From a virus: DNA of 64,000 nt. Numbering within the stretch: the stretch's first letter is position 1; each line of letters starts with the position of its first letter. The notes beneath the pieces were generated by a model. It was not told where the DNA came from, did not search any database, and worked only from the letters and a program-made list of their open reading frames with translations. Of this stretch, positions 11,128 to 22,019 are shown piece by piece. Position numbers and translations under genes: made by a program. The stretch spans positions 32,001 through 96,000 of IMG/VR virus record IMGVR_UViG_3300013004_000026; one strand, written 5' to 3'.

Positions 11128-14100
11128 TAGAATGTTCCTTCTGACTTGTTGATGGATAGTGTGCGTAATTCGTTGCCGTCAACGATGCCAGGATAAATCT
11201 GTATCTTACGAATTGTGCCGTTCAATGAATCAGTTCCTGGGCCTGTACCAAATTCAATACGCGAAACTGATTGAGGAATATTGCCGGTGGTTACAAAAAC
11301 ATTGGCAATGTTGTTGAACGCTCGGCCTATCATGTTTTTCTTGAAATAAACCGCTATTTTGTCTGTGCCAGTATTAAGGTTAGCAGTTGCCACATTTGCG
11401 GTCAATATACTTGTGTTGGTTTGCAACACACCACCGGAGTAAATTATTAAATTGGCTGTGCGATCCACTGGTGCATTTTTGTTTTCTGCCAACACTGTTA
11501 TTCTATTGTTTACAGTACCATCGTTAAAACTTACAAATGTACTGCGACGATTGTTATTTACAGCAGTGGTTGGACGGTAGTCTAGTGCTGCATCGACAAA
11601 CACAGTGCTGGCACTATAATCATACAGTCTAGCAAAATCAAAATTGTTCACAGTCAAACTATCTGCACTTCTTGTATTGGCCACCGTGGTAGTCGGAACA
11701 TAACTGGTTGCAAAATCACCAAGTTCCATTTGCAATCCAAATCCATAAATGCCTTGTCCATTGGCCCAAAACTGTTCAGATCCACTGTCTGCCAGCGCCA
11801 GCAATATATTGCCGCTGGTATTGGTCTTGGTCACTGTGCTTTGAATTCTATACCAACCATTGGCTAGAGTTTGAATACTGCTTCTATAACTTGGGCCTTC
11901 GGTGTCTACGGTGCCATTGGTCAAATCAAATATTGTTGGAGAACCTTCGTTCTCAAAAATTAATGTAGCTTGGTCTAGTTCAGCTGCCTTGACAAATGCA
12001 CTGGCAACAACCTCTTGCCCAATGCCTAATGTGGGGTGATATGTGGCATCTTGATAGATACCGTGTATGCTGTTGCTGGTATCGCCAGTGATCTTGAATG
12101 CGTTGTATAAACTATCAGGACTGGTTGTTGCATTGCTCACAGTGTCTACATTGCCGTTAAGAGTAAAATACACAGTGCTATTGGCAAAACTGTTGCTTTC
12201 GCGCAGCAGGTTCTGTCGGCTTTCTTCAATCATGATCCCCATGGGCGTAAGGTTGCTTGGGTCATGTGTAAATCTTGGTTCTTCGGCAAATGCTAGTTTC
12301 AATATACCAGTTTTTGTAAAGTAGGTAGCTGTGCTAGTTCTGCTGAAAGTTAATATCATTGGTAATTCTGAACTATTACCAAAGTCAAAATTCATAGTTG
12401 GTCGTTTGGCAGGTCTGACATTGCCCATTCCGATGGTAGTAAACACACCAGAACTTGGTGTTGCATTACCAATCGGAGTGTTGTTAATAGATGCTGCCAA
12501 GAATGCTGTAAAGTTAACATTACCAACAATAGTAGCATCACCATTGACCCAAAGATTACCAGCAGTGCTAATGCCGCCTAACACACGCAGAGCACCAGTG
12601 TTGGAGTTAAAGGTTGGAGTTGTACTGTTGATATACACATTGGCATTGCTAGCCAACCCAGCCCATTCTGATCTAGTGCTGCGAACAGGATCGGTGTCCC
12701 ATACTGCCTTGCCAATGATAACATTACTTTGGAAACTGGCGCCGCCACGAACTTGTAAAGCACCACTGTTTATGTTTGCATTACCAATTGTGTGAGCATT
12801 GGCAAATGTGTTGCCTAACACTAACCTATCGCCAATTACCACACTGTTGGCAATGCTTGCGCTCAATGCAGTAATACTGGTTATACCAGTTAAACTTCCA
12901 TTGGCTGTGATATTACCTGTGCCTGTAATATCTCCATTGGCTGTTATGCTGCCATTGAATGTCCCGCTGCCATTGGCTGTTATGCTGCCATTGGCCAATA
13001 GACTGTTTGCAAACAAATCATTAGCAACTGTTAAATCGTGGTTGATGTAAACATTACCAATTCCAACTTCGCCCCAACCACCTGTCAGGAACAATCCGCC
13101 ATTTACAGTCAGATCATTTCGAATTGTGGTGTTACCAAATCCGCTTAATGCACCTATGTTGACCGTGGTTGCTTCACCACCAATCTCAATCACTGTTACA
13201 TTACTAGAGAAAAGACTGATATTACCAACATTGCTCTTGAAGTCTACACTGGTTTGAGAGCTGTTGAAATAGATGTCTCCACCTATATGAGCATTTCCAA
13301 ATGTAAACAAATTGCTTGCAAAGTAACCGCTTTCATTAGAAATAACATTGCCTAACACTGCAATGTTAGCGCCAATACCAACACCACCGGCCACAAGTAA
13401 TGCACCTTCTAGAGGAGAAAAACTGTCAGTAGTGCTAGTAATGCGAACAACATTAGCAGTTAGGTTAGAAGTGATATTAGCTGCACTAACAAATAAGTTT
13501 GCAGCAAGCGCAACAACATTGCCGTTTGACACCACAAGGTTGTTGTTGATTTCTAGATTACCAATTGATGTATTGCCAACAATTACACCAACACCATTCA
13601 CAGTCAAATTGGTTGTGGTCAATGTAGAATTGGCATTGATGTTGCCTGCTAGCACATTACCAGCGACAGTGATGCTGTTATTGACAATGGCGTTGCTAAC
13701 CACAATGTTGCCTGCTGCTACAGTGATACTATTTGCACTGATATTGTTGCCAACCACAACATCTTGAGCATAAACAGTTGCAGAGCTTATAACATTACCA
13801 ATGGTGGAAATATTGCTTGCTACCTCTAAACTAGTCAAATTACCAACGGTGGTAATTGCCGTTTGACTTGGTGTTACAACACTGCCTTCGATGCTGGTTG
13901 TTTTTACAATTGGGCTTATCACCCAGCCAAATGTAGTGATATTGCCTGCGCTGGTAAGACTGCTTAACTGACCCACTTGCGTGATATTTGGTTGAATTGC
14001 CTGAGTCAAGAAACCGTTTTGGAATAGAGTTGCACTTATATTACCAGTTATCAACCCACTTACAGTAAGGTTACCCAAAGTGCCAACACTGGTTATGAAT

Positions 14101-17100
14101 GGTTGTGCATTGGTAAGCAGCGTTCCTTCAACTTGTGAGAATGAACCTTTGAATGTTGAAATATTGGCACTGGTTACATTTCCGGTAACAATCAATGAAC
14201 TTAGATTACCAATTGATGTAATGTTGGTCTGAGCTGTGGTTACTAGTGTACCAACTATATTTGAAAATGTTCCTGTGCTGCCACTCACATTACCTGTGCT
14301 AACATTCGCAGTAAATGTAGCTTGGTCTGCATTGAGTTGTACTGTAGTTACATTGGCAAATGATCCTGTGTTGCCACTGATGTTTCCTGAACTGATATTT
14401 CCGGTTACCGTTAAACTCGGTAGTGTGCCTATCTCAGTTATGAACGGCTGAGAATTAGTTAACAGTGTGCCAACTACATTTGTAAATGTTCCAGTGCTGG
14501 CAGTTATATTTCCAACAGCGGCATTGCCCAATACAGCCAATGCATCACTCACCGTGACATCAGTGAAAGTACCAGTGGCACCGCTTACATTACCTGTGCT
14601 GACATTGCCAGTCACAGACAATGCATCAAGTGTACCAACAGAGGTAATATTGGGCTGACTGTTGGTCAATAAGGTACCAGTGATGTTGCCAAATGTTGCA
14701 GAGTTACCAATAAGCGTGTTAATAGTACCAAAATCTGTTACAACAAGGTTACTAATTGTAAATGAAGCATCAATGCTAGCAAAAGCAAACGCATTTGCAG
14801 TAATTGTGCCTGCAACATTAAGATTGCCTAGCGTACCAACAGATGTAATATTAGTTTGTACAGGTGTCAGCAGAGTGCCTACCAGGCCGGTAAATGCACC
14901 AGTGACAGCACTTACATTACCTGTGTTTAAGTTTCCTGTTATGGTTAGGTTGGCTAGTGTGCCAATTTGTGTAATATTTGGTTGCAGAGAGGTTCGTAAA
15001 CTACCCACTAGGCCAGTGAATTCTCCAACGGTGCCAAGCACATTGCCTTGTGCAAAAACATGTGATGCAGATCTTACCACACCAAGATTGGCATTGGTAG
15101 CGTTTAGGTCAAGAGTAGTAGTTCCAACAACATCAATATTGGCGCCAAGAATTGCACCTGAGGTTGTTACAGAATTTAATACTCCCACACTGGTTATGTT
15201 AGGTTGTGCAGCAGTTTGCAGAGTACCTGCAACTATGTTAAATGTACCTTGGGTGGCTGTGACATTGCCTGCGTTGACATTGCCTGCAATTGCAAATGCA
15301 TTTGGAGTAGTCCACACACCATCATATATGGTAAGATTACCAAATGCTCCGCCTTGCCCAATTAAAATACCTGATCCTCGGGCAGCAGTGGCACTCACTG
15401 CGCCATTGGCCAAGGTTAAATCTAGATCTGATGTGGTAACATTTCCAGCACTGACTGTGGTGGTATTACCATTAACAAACAAATTGCCTGTTACATAAAA
15501 ATCTTGTGCAACAAATTGTGATCCTGATATTTCAACTGGGCCGTTTACACGCAGTTCTGTCAGTATACCAACTGATGTAATGTAAGGCTGTGAGTTGATG
15601 TACAATAGACCATTCAGAGTACTGAAGTCACCAATGTCTGCATGTACATAGCTACCAGTTCCGGTGCTGAACAAGTTGCCGGTAATATTGAGATTGCCTG
15701 CATTTACATTGCCAGTTGTGATATTAGTATTAGCATTTATATTTCCAACCAACAAAGTGCTGCTTACAAAAGCATTGGTAGCAACTAGATTACCCAACAG
15801 TGTTACCGCAGTGACACTACTGTTGCTGACTACAGTATCTGCTCTGGCCTGACCATTTACATTCAGACCATTGAGTGTGCCCACACTGACAATGTTGGGC
15901 TGAGTGCCTGTGTTTATTGGTCCGCGTATGTCGTCGCTAACCAAGGTAAGAGCAGTTAGGTTAGAAGTAAAAACTTTACCAAATGCTACATTGGCTGCCT
16001 GAATGGTGCTGACATTACCAAACACTATCAAGTTGCCAGCAATTTCCAAATTGGTCAAATTGCCCAGTGTAGTAATATTTGGTTGTGCAGCAGTTAGAAC
16101 AGTGCCTTCAACATTGCCTGCTCGTAATGTGCCAGCGGTGGTCAAGTTACCTGCTGTGGTGTTGCCAGTGACACTGAGATTAACCAAAGTACCAACACGA
16201 GTGATTGCTGTTTGCGCAGTGGTTAAGATGTTACCAACAAATCCGTCGCTGGCGGTCATTCTAAATGCGCTTACATTACCACTAGTATTCAAATTGCCCA
16301 CTGTGGCATTACCGCTCACAGCAATTGTTCCAAGAGTACCTACACTGGTAATGTTTGTTTGAGCAGGTGTAAGCAAGGTGCCTGTCAAACTAGTAAAGGC
16401 ACCAGTTGCACCAGAAACATTGCCAGATGAAATATTACCTACCACTGTGAGGCTGGTAAGATTACCAACAGCAGTGATGTTTGGCTGCGATGCAGTTCTC
16501 AATGGGCCAAAAATTTGACTAGAGGTCAAGCGATCCGCGGTGATGTTGCCGTCAACATCTAGGTCGTCAAGAGTGCCGACTGTGGTTATGTTTGGTTGTG
16601 CTGCGGTTAAGATTGTTCCACTGACCACAGAGAAATTGCCATGGTATGCTCGAACATTGCCCATGATCACATTACCTGACAGGTCTGGCAATGTTATATT
16701 GGCTATTGCCGCATTGGCCGCAGCAACATTGGCTTGTAATGATTGTATACTATTGTGTTGTACAACATCATTGGCAATCAAATTGGTGATTGCCACGGCC
16801 TGACTAGACGCATTGCTGGTCAAGGTAGATAGGGTAGTGGCCTGAGCAGCAGCATTGGCAGTCCAGGCCACTGTTACCGCAGCAATAGCAGCATTTGCCG
16901 CCTCTACATTTGCTCGCAGTGCAGCAATCTGCACATTGGCAATAGTAAGATTGGCTGCGGCTATTTGTGCATTGGCAGCACTCAAATTGGCATTGAGAGA
17001 GGCAATTTGTTGTGCCTGAGTTACGCTGTTGGCAGTGAGGGTGTTTAACAGCGTGGCCTGCGTAATTGCATTGGCTGTGGTAACTGAGTCAAGAGTTATA

Positions 17101-18113
17101 ATAGCAACATTGGCCGCGGCAATGTTGGCTTGAAGTGCAGCAATGGCAGCATTGGCAGCCGTTAGTCCACTGCTGGCATTTAAGGATGCAATAGCAACAT
17201 TGGCAGCTGACACATTTGCATTTAGAGAATTAATTGCAACAGCCTGCGAGGCAGCATTGCTGGTATGAATAGCATAATGACTGTCAATGGTTGCATTGGC
17301 AGCAGTGATGTTGGCTCGTAATTCATTGATCTGAATAGTCTGTGCATTGTTGGTAGTCAACAAACTGTCCAACTTGGCAGATTGAATACTGTTGGCGCCT
17401 TGCAGAGAAATGATAGCTAGATTTTGTGAAGCTGCATTGGCATATAGAGTTACTATGTCAGCATTGGCCAAAGTGATTGCAGCATTGGCAGCAGCTACCC
17501 GATTGGTATTAATCAGTATCGCTGCATTGGCAGCAGTGAGGTTGGCTCGTAGTGCGTTCACAGCAGAGTTCAGTGGTGTCAAATTTACCACTGTGTTCAT
17601 GCTACTACCATCACCAAAGGTAATGGTATCTACGGTGACATTGCCGCCTAGAACAAAGTTGCCATTGACACTTAGTCCGCCGTCAATGATCAAGCTGCCT
17701 AAAATGGTTTGATTACCGCCAACTGTAAGGTTGGCCACATTGCCCCAGCTGTTGCCAGTTAATCGAACATTGCCCAGTGTGCCGCCAGTAATGGCAATGT
17801 TGGCAATGCTGGTAAGGTTTCCAATTGCACTGTCTGTGTATGCATTTGCGGCAGCAGTGTTGCTAGTTATGTATTGTTTTAATTCTGTGACATTGCCCAG
17901 CGTGGCCACGCCTGCTACATCTAGCCAGGTGAGCGTGACATTGCCTTGTCGGCCTGCCACGGAATACACCAGATTATTGGCAGCAGTGGTTACATTGCCA
18001 GCCCAGATGTTTGCAAAGTTTTTGTTTGTTTTGTCAAACGCAACACGCAGATCGTCGCCATCACCTGCACCCGCGCTTGAACCAATATCTATTATTAAGC
18101 GATCAGACATCAT
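11127..18113 (-). CDS. Long tail/head fibre protein
   Basis: 2328 aa. gp9/10-like leader (GDGDDLRVAFDKTNKNF), Ala/Asn coiled coil, many T(A/N)xQ(P/T)xIT(S/T)VG(T/N)L repeats, C-terminal spike/lectin-like domain (IMIEESRQNLL...ATSYVPTT). Confidence 0.75.
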   Translation of the reverse strand: MMSDRLIIDIGSSAGAGDGDDLRVAFDKTNKNFANIWAGNVTTAANNLVYSVAGRQGNVTLTWLDVAGVATLGNVTELKQYITSNTAAANAYTDSAIGNLTSIANIAITGGTLGNVRLTGNSWGNVANLTVGGNQTILGSLIIDGGLSVNGNFVLGGNVTVDTITFGDGSSMNTVVNLTPLNSAVNALRANLTAANAAILINTNRVAAANAAITLANADIVTLYANAASQNLAIISLQGANSIQSAKLDSLLTTNNAQTIQINELRANITAANATIDSHYAIHTSNAASQAVAINSLNANVSAANVAIASLNASSGLTAANAAIAALQANIAAANVAIITLDSVTTANAITQATLLNTLTANSVTQAQQIASLNANLSAANAQIAAANLTIANVQIAALRANVEAANAAIAAVTVAWTANAAAQATTLSTLTSNASSQAVAITNLIANDVVQHNSIQSLQANVAAANAAIANITLPDLSGNVIMGNVRAYHGNFSVVSGTILTAAQPNITTVGTLDDLDVDGNITADRLTSSQIFGPLRTASQPNITAVGNLTSLTVVGNISSGNVSGATGAFTSLTGTLLTPAQTNITSVGTLGTIAVSGNATVGNLNTSGNVSAFRMTASDGFVGNILTTAQTAITRVGTLVNLSVTGNTTAGNLTTAGTLRAGNVEGTVLTAAQPNITTLGNLTNLEIAGNLIVFGNVSTIQAANVAFGKVFTSNLTALTLVSDDIRGPINTGTQPNIVSVGTLNGLNVNGQARADTVVSNSSVTAVTLLGNLVATNAFVSSTLLVGNINANTNITTGNVNAGNLNITGNLFSTGTGSYVHADIGDFSTLNGLLYINSQPYITSVGILTELRVNGPVEISGSQFVAQDFYVTGNLFVNGNTTTVSAGNVTTSDLDLTLANGAVSATAARGSGILIGQGGAFGNLTIYDGVWTTPNAFAIAGNVNAGNVTATQGTFNIVAGTLQTAAQPNITSVGVLNSVTTSGAILGANIDVVGTTTLDLNATNANLGVVRSASHVFAQGNVLGTVGEFTGLVGSLRTSLQPNITQIGTLANLTITGNLNTGNVSAVTGAFTGLVGTLLTPVQTNITSVGTLGNLNVAGTITANAFAFASIDASFTISNLVVTDFGTINTLIGNSATFGNITGTLLTNSQPNITSVGTLDALSVTGNVSTGNVSGATGTFTDVTVSDALAVLGNAAVGNITASTGTFTNVVGTLLTNSQPFITEIGTLPSLTVTGNISSGNISGNTGSFANVTTVQLNADQATFTANVSTGNVSGSTGTFSNIVGTLVTTAQTNITSIGNLSSLIVTGNVTSANISTFKGSFSQVEGTLLTNAQPFITSVGTLGNLTVSGLITGNISATLFQNGFLTQAIQPNITQVGQLSSLTSAGNITTFGWVISPIVKTTSIEGSVVTPSQTAITTVGNLTSLEVASNISTIGNVISSATVYAQDVVVGNNISANSITVAAGNIVVSNAIVNNSITVAGNVLAGNINANSTLTTTNLTVNGVGVIVGNTSIGNLEINNNLVVSNGNVVALAANLFVSAANITSNLTANVVRITSTTDSFSPLEGALLVAGGVGIGANIAVLGNVISNESGYFASNLFTFGNAHIGGDIYFNSSQTSVDFKSNVGNISLFSSNVTVIEIGGEATTVNIGALSGFGNTTIRNDLTVNGGLFLTGGWGEVGIGNVYINHDLTVANDLFANSLLANGSITANGSGTFNGSITANGDITGTGNITANGSLTGITSITALSASIANSVVIGDRLVLGNTFANAHTIGNANINSGALQVRGGASFQSNVIIGKAVWDTDPVRSTRSEWAGLASNANVYINSTTPTFNSNTGALRVLGGISTAGNLWVNGDATIVGNVNFTAFLAASINNTPIGNATPSSGVFTTIGMGNVRPAKRPTMNFDFGNSSELPMILTFSRTSTATYFTKTGILKLAFAEEPRFTHDPSNLTPMGIMIEESRQNLLRESNSFANSTVYFTLNGNVDTVSNATTSPDSLYNAFKITGDTSNSIHGIYQDATYHPTLGIGQEVVASAFVKAAELDQATLIFENEGSPTIFDLTNGTVDTEGPSYRSSIQTLANGWYRIQSTVTKTNTSGNILLALADSGSEQFWANGQGIYGFGLQMELGDFATSYVPTTTVANTRSADSLTVNNFDFARLYDYSASTVFVDAALDYRPTTAVNNNRRSTFVSFNDGTVNNRITVLAENKNAPVDRTANLIIYSGGVLQTNTSILTANVATANLNTGTDKIAVYFKKNMIGRAFNNIANVFVTTGNIPQSVSRIEFGTGPGTDSLNGTIRKIQIYPGIVDGNELRTLSINKSEGTF

Positions 18114-18164
18114 CCACCCTCATATTTGATATTTATGAAGGTGTAGGTATAAAGGAATTTGGCG

Positions 18165-18488
18165 TTAGATACTAAAACTGCTGCCGCAACCGCAGGTTGT
18201 TTGTGCGTTTGGGTTCTTGATTTTGAACTCACTGCCCATGAGATTTTCGGTATAATCCACTTCTGCACCTTGTAAATACTGGCTGCTCATGCTGTCTACC
18301 AGCAGATGCATGCCGTCAAATTCAAGGTCAAAGTCATCTTCGTTTACAATTTCATCAAATGTAAACCCATAGCTGAAGCCGGAGCAACCACCACCTTGTA
18401 CAAATATGCGTAGTTTAAGATCTGGATTGTTTTCTTCTGCTATTAGATCTTTAATTTTGGCAATTGCGCTAGGTTTAATTTCAATCAT
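18165..18488 (-). CDS. erpA: Iron-sulfur cluster insertion protein ErpA (A-type carrier, IscA/HesB family)
   Basis: Motifs [17 protein letters not shown] and [14 protein letters not shown]. Confidence 0.95.
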   Translation of the reverse strand: MIEIKPSAIAKIKDLIAEENNPDLKLRIFVQGGGCSGFSYGFTFDEIVNEDDFDLEFDGMHLLVDSMSSQYLQGAEVDYTENLMGSEFKIKNPNAQTTCGCGSSFSI

Positions 18489-18817
18489 AGTAGGTCCTTT
18501 TTGTCACCAACACTGGTATTTAATCTAGGGTTCCATGAGTCTGCATATTCAGGAACTGAGCCCTTTACACTTATGGGTTTATAAACTGTGACTAGTTCTT
18601 GATTTTTTGCAGCCCAATATTCCAGTTCTGGAGTCATGTGGGTATCGGGGTGTATGGCACCAGCCGGGCATTCAGGCTCACATACTCCGCAGTCTATGCA
18701 CTGGTCAGGATCAATTACTAGAAATTCCGGTCCTTCAAAAAAACAATCCACCGGACATACAGAAACGCAGTCTTGATACTTGCAGCGTATGCAAGCACCA
18801 TCTACAATATAAGTCAT
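18485..18817 (-). CDS. fdxA: Ferredoxin, FdxA type (7Fe/8Fe)
   Basis: [18 protein letters not shown] and [12 protein letters not shown] motifs. Confidence 0.9.
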   Translation of the reverse strand: MTYIVDGACIRCKYQDCVSVCPVDCFFEGPEFLVIDPDQCIDCGVCEPECPAGAIHPDTHMTPELEYWAAKNQELVTVYKPISVKGSVPEYADSWNPRLNTSVGDKKDLL

Positions 18818-18818
18818 G

Positions 18819-19382
18819 TTATCTTAATCCGCCGTAGATTCTGCGGTTGATCATTTCCCAGTTGATCATCCGCCAGGTATTTTTTAGATACTTGGCTTTG
18901 TCAGCTCGATAATCTAGAACCCAGGCATGTTCCCACCAGTCAATGAGCAGAGCTATGTCTTTTTTAATTTGATGATTCTTGATAGTCTTGATTTCACCCG
19001 ACCGACTCATGTACACCCAACCAGACCCTTGTATGCTCATGGCTTCTTTTTCTATGGCTTTTTGGAACTTGTTGTAGTTATTAAACTTACGATTGATCAG
19101 TTCCAGGCTTGCACCATGTGGTTTGTTACCGGGCGAGGGTGGTTGCAGTTGTGTGAAATAGATGTTGTGCAAGAAGGCGCCTGCTTCATTGAAGTCAGCA
19201 TCACCCTCGCCGGCATTGTAACGATCCACATAACCTCGATACAGAGTACCGTAGTGATAGTCCAGTGTTTCTTTGGATTTTACGGGATCAAGATCTGTGC
19301 GTTTGTAAGGCAAGTCTGCCTGCACTAGATCCTTTTTCTCCTTGCTTTCTACCAAGGCTATCAACTGTCGTATATTGCTCAT
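18819..19382 (-). CDS. sod: Fe/Mn superoxide dismutase (start re-assigned to 19382, MSNIRQL)
   Basis: LPY...LDYH, LHNIYF, QGSGW and DWWEHAW motifs; all four metal-ligand positions are identifiable. The longer ORF-track start overlaps infA. Confidence 0.88.
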   Translation of the reverse strand: MSNIRQLIALVESKEKKDLVQADLPYKRTDLDPVKSKETLDYHYGTLYRGYVDRYNAGEGDADFNEAGAFLHNIYFTQLQPPSPGNKPHGASLELINRKFNNYNKFQKAIEKEAMSIQGSGWVYMSRSGEIKTIKNHQIKKDIALLIDWWEHAWVLDYRADKAKYLKNTWRMINWEMINRRIYGGLR

Positions 19383-19386
19383 ACAA

Positions 19387-19611
19387 CTATTTATTACGAT
19401 AGGTAATGCGTCCTTTGGTAAGATCATATGGGCTCATTTCAATTTCTACTTCGTCGCCCATCAATACCTTGATATTGTTTTGGCGCAGTCTGCCGCCTAA
19501 ATATGCTGTTATTTTGTGTTGACTGTCTTTCAGAATAACTCTGAATGTTGCGTTGGGTAATACTTCGTCCACGGTGCCTTGTGCCGTTACGAATTCGTCT
19601 TTCTTGGCCAC
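19387..19611 (-). CDS. infA: Translation initiation factor IF-1
   Basis: GTVDEVLPNATFRV...IKVLMGDEVEIEMSPYDLTKGRITYR (S1/IF-1 signature). Confidence 0.95.
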   Translation of the reverse strand: MAKKDEFVTAQGTVDEVLPNATFRVILKDSQHKITAYLGGRLRQNNIKVLMGDEVEIEMSPYDLTKGRITYRNK

Positions 19612-19636
19612 TGAAAAATTTTCTCCTTATCTGCCG

Positions 19637-20029
19637 TTAACCACGGCGCATCTTACTTATCTCAACAGCTTCTTCATCGCTAAACACCGGCACAGCATTT
19701 GACTTGTGCATGGTAGCAATACCTTTGACCTTGGTACCTGTATAGACCTTTGCAGGTGCTAGCACAGCGTTACCTAAGCCTGTGTCGCGGCTGGGCAGGC
19801 GAGGTTGCTCGGCACCGCGATGCATTGTACGAGGCGGTACATAGGCGGGTGCTGCCATGGCACGATTTTTGCGTTTGGTTTCAAGTTCTAGCCCCCACTT
19901 GGCTTGCAGTTCTTTCCAGCTGGCGTCAAGTTCGCGAGACTTTTTGGCTTCATCGGCATTACGAAATTTTATCTTGCCTTTTTTCTTACCGGTTAGGCTC
20001 AGCGCAGGGTGTGCAAGATGCATGGTCAT
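19637..20029 (-). CDS. Conserved T4-like phage hypothetical protein (basic)
   Basis: C-terminal VYTGTKVKGIATMHKSNAVPVF motif, recalled as recurrent in T4-like phages. Confidence 0.6.
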   Translation of the reverse strand: MTMHLAHPALSLTGKKKGKIKFRNADEAKKSRELDASWKELQAKWGLELETKRKNRAMAAPAYVPPRTMHRGAEQPRLPSRDTGLGNAVLAPAKVYTGTKVKGIATMHKSNAVPVFSDEEAVEISKMRRG

Positions 20030-20164
20030 AGATCAGGTCCTCGGTGCCATTGTTGTCTTGCTAGTTTATACTCTTCTACACATTTTGTCAAGAAGCGCCA
20101 AACAGGTGTGGCTAAAAAACCACAAACAAATCCGTACACAAACCATTCTAACCCAAAGATAAAG

Positions 20165-20455
20165 TTAGTCATGCTTGGCCCATGTGTTGGTTTTGTAATC
20201 CCAATGTCGGCGGTCTGGCAGAGATAGTTGCACACCTAGCCCTAGTATACCAAAGCTGATTTCAAAACCTGCATGATCCCGCCCCTGCAAACGAGTGTCC
20301 AAGTTGGCATGTGCCAGTGCAATTGGATAGTAGTCTACACATATTTCCAGTGTTTTATTTTTACTAACACGCCAGCCACCCTGATACAGTGTGCGCCAGG
20401 GCCAGCGATGTTCGTTGTGCCAGGGATTTACAATGTCAAAATGCAAATAAATCAT
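20165..20455 (-). CDS. Hypothetical protein
   Basis: 96 aa ORF, ATGA-coupled in the operon. Confidence 0.5.
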   Translation of the reverse strand: MIYLHFDIVNPWHNEHRWPWRTLYQGGWRVSKNKTLEICVDYYPIALAHANLDTRLQGRDHAGFEISFGILGLGVQLSLPDRRHWDYKTNTWAKHD

Positions 20456-20844
20456 TTCTTTGCTTGTCGTTGCTTGCGAAACGCTGCCACATCTTTACTG
20501 GCACTTTGTAGCACAGCAGAGTAGTTGAGCGCAGCTTGAGGAGTCATTATGATCGAGGCTTCATATTTGACATAGCCTCGTGTAAGTAGTCCCCAAATGA
20601 CTTGCCACCTGTTTTGGCTCCACCAATTGGTTTTCTGGGTGGTGTATGTGGTGACTGTGACTCCTGTTTCGTCTGCTTCGATGCAGACATCGTGGGTGCA
20701 TTCGGAGTTACAGCAGTCACACGGAACCGTATAGAATTTGGCATCTCCAAAATCCTTGTGTAGTAGAATCCCTTCAGCGGGTGCTTGATGTTTCAAATTT
20801 AATCTCCGCATTAGCTCTGTGTAGAGCACTAAAAACTTTGTCAT
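20452..20844 (-). CDS. Hypothetical protein (Cys cluster CDCC; true start uncertain)
   Basis: ORF within a coupled operon. Confidence 0.5.
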   Translation of the reverse strand: MTKFLVLYTELMRRLNLKHQAPAEGILLHKDFGDAKFYTVPCDCCNSECTHDVCIEADETGVTVTTYTTQKTNWWSQNRWQVIWGLLTRGYVKYEASIIMTPQAALNYSAVLQSASKDVAAFRKQRQAKK

Positions 20845-21118
20845 GTAAAATAAAAATCTTGTCAGGAAATCTTGTTATGATACTGAGTTTTACATCTTCC
20901 TCTGTGATACCCTGACCAAGAAACTGACTGTTTTCTTTGTCATAGGCCAATAACGCATTCTGCTCAGGAAGAGGCTGCAGGTCTACGATTCTAATGCGCC
21001 TGTCTGCTTCGGCTTTGAGTTTGTCAAAATTTTCCTGAGCTTCCATACGCAATATCATTATGCGAACAACCAATACCAACAAGTAAATGGCCACAAACCA
21101 ACCAATTAATTCTGTCAT
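20774..21118 (-). CDS. Hypothetical membrane-anchored protein
   Basis: N-terminal hydrophobic helix; GGAG Shine-Dalgarno (SD) upstream. Confidence 0.55.
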   Translation of the reverse strand: MTELIGWFVAIYLLVLVVRIMILRMEAQENFDKLKAEADRRIRIVDLQPLPEQNALLAYDKENSQFLGQGITEEDVKLSIITRFPDKIFILHDKVFSALHRANAEIKFETSSTR

Positions 21119-21167
21119 GATTTCTCCAAACTATATTTGTTAGTTATTCAAATTTGATACAGATTCA

Positions 21168-22010
21168 TCAAGTCCACAAACTGTTGCGAATTTTGATCAA
21201 ACGAATCATCATGGCTTCGTCTTCTTTTTCATACTGCATTTCAATTTTATGAGTCAGATCCAGTGCCCGCTTGCCCAATTTTTTGGTTTCAGGATTCTGA
21301 CTTTCAACACCAATCCAGCGCACACCTTCGCCTTTTTCTTGGCGCATGCGATCGCAGTATTCGGTCCAACCACTGGCGTCGTGTGGATCTGGGCGATTAA
21401 GGTACACTTCGGTCCACCATTTATACAAGGCCATAATTTCTGCAGCATTTTTGGCCTGAAGCGTTGGTTTGCCGTAGCCTTTGTCGTCAGGGTTAAGGCC
21501 ATAGTCTTCCTTGGCAGTAATGCTCATTTGCCAGACAAGATTGTCTAGGCCTGCTTGACGACAGCGCCAGGTGCGCCAACGGAACCAGCCAGTTGCATAC
21601 CAAGGAGATTCGTACTTCTTGCGAGCCTCTCCGTCCCATACTATCTGCCACCAAGCTAATTCAACTTCAACAAAGTCAACTAGTTCGTTAAAAAGACATG
21701 GAAGAAAACGGTTGCCAACATCGCGCCACTCGCCAGGCTTAATATCCCTAGGGTGAGCAGTGAGCGCATGGGTGCGAGTGACCCAGCGATTATTAACATA
21801 GTACTTGATGTCATAGAGTCTATCCACCGGCCACATGATAAAAGTTTGTAATTTGTCCAGGCCTTCTTCGGCTAGCCACCAGCGTATGGGATAAGCAGCT
21901 TTGGCGCGATCTTCCCACTCGCCCCATTCTTCGCTGGTACCGCATTTGAGCTTGGTTGTGCCACGCAGCCAATCTGCAAATTTTGAACATGTCCAATAAT
22001 TACTTCTCAT
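21168..22010 (-). CDS. Conserved phage hypothetical protein (Trp-rich)
   Basis: 280 aa ORF with AGGA SD. Confidence 0.6.
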   Translation of the reverse strand: MRSNYWTCSKFADWLRGTTKLKCGTSEEWGEWEDRAKAAYPIRWWLAEEGLDKLQTFIMWPVDRLYDIKYYVNNRWVTRTHALTAHPRDIKPGEWRDVGNRFLPCLFNELVDFVEVELAWWQIVWDGEARKKYESPWYATGWFRWRTWRCRQAGLDNLVWQMSITAKEDYGLNPDDKGYGKPTLQAKNAAEIMALYKWWTEVYLNRPDPHDASGWTEYCDRMRQEKGEGVRWIGVESQNPETKKLGKRALDLTHKIEMQYEKEDEAMMIRLIKIRNSLWT

Positions 22011-22019
22011 TTGTTTTCC

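Noticed and set aside
11708-18129. Many long plus-strand ORFs rich in L/P/V/T opposite the fibre and baseplate genes
   Set aside because: These are antisense shadows of the G/N/T/A-rich repetitive coding strand, with no SD sites or recognisable motifs.
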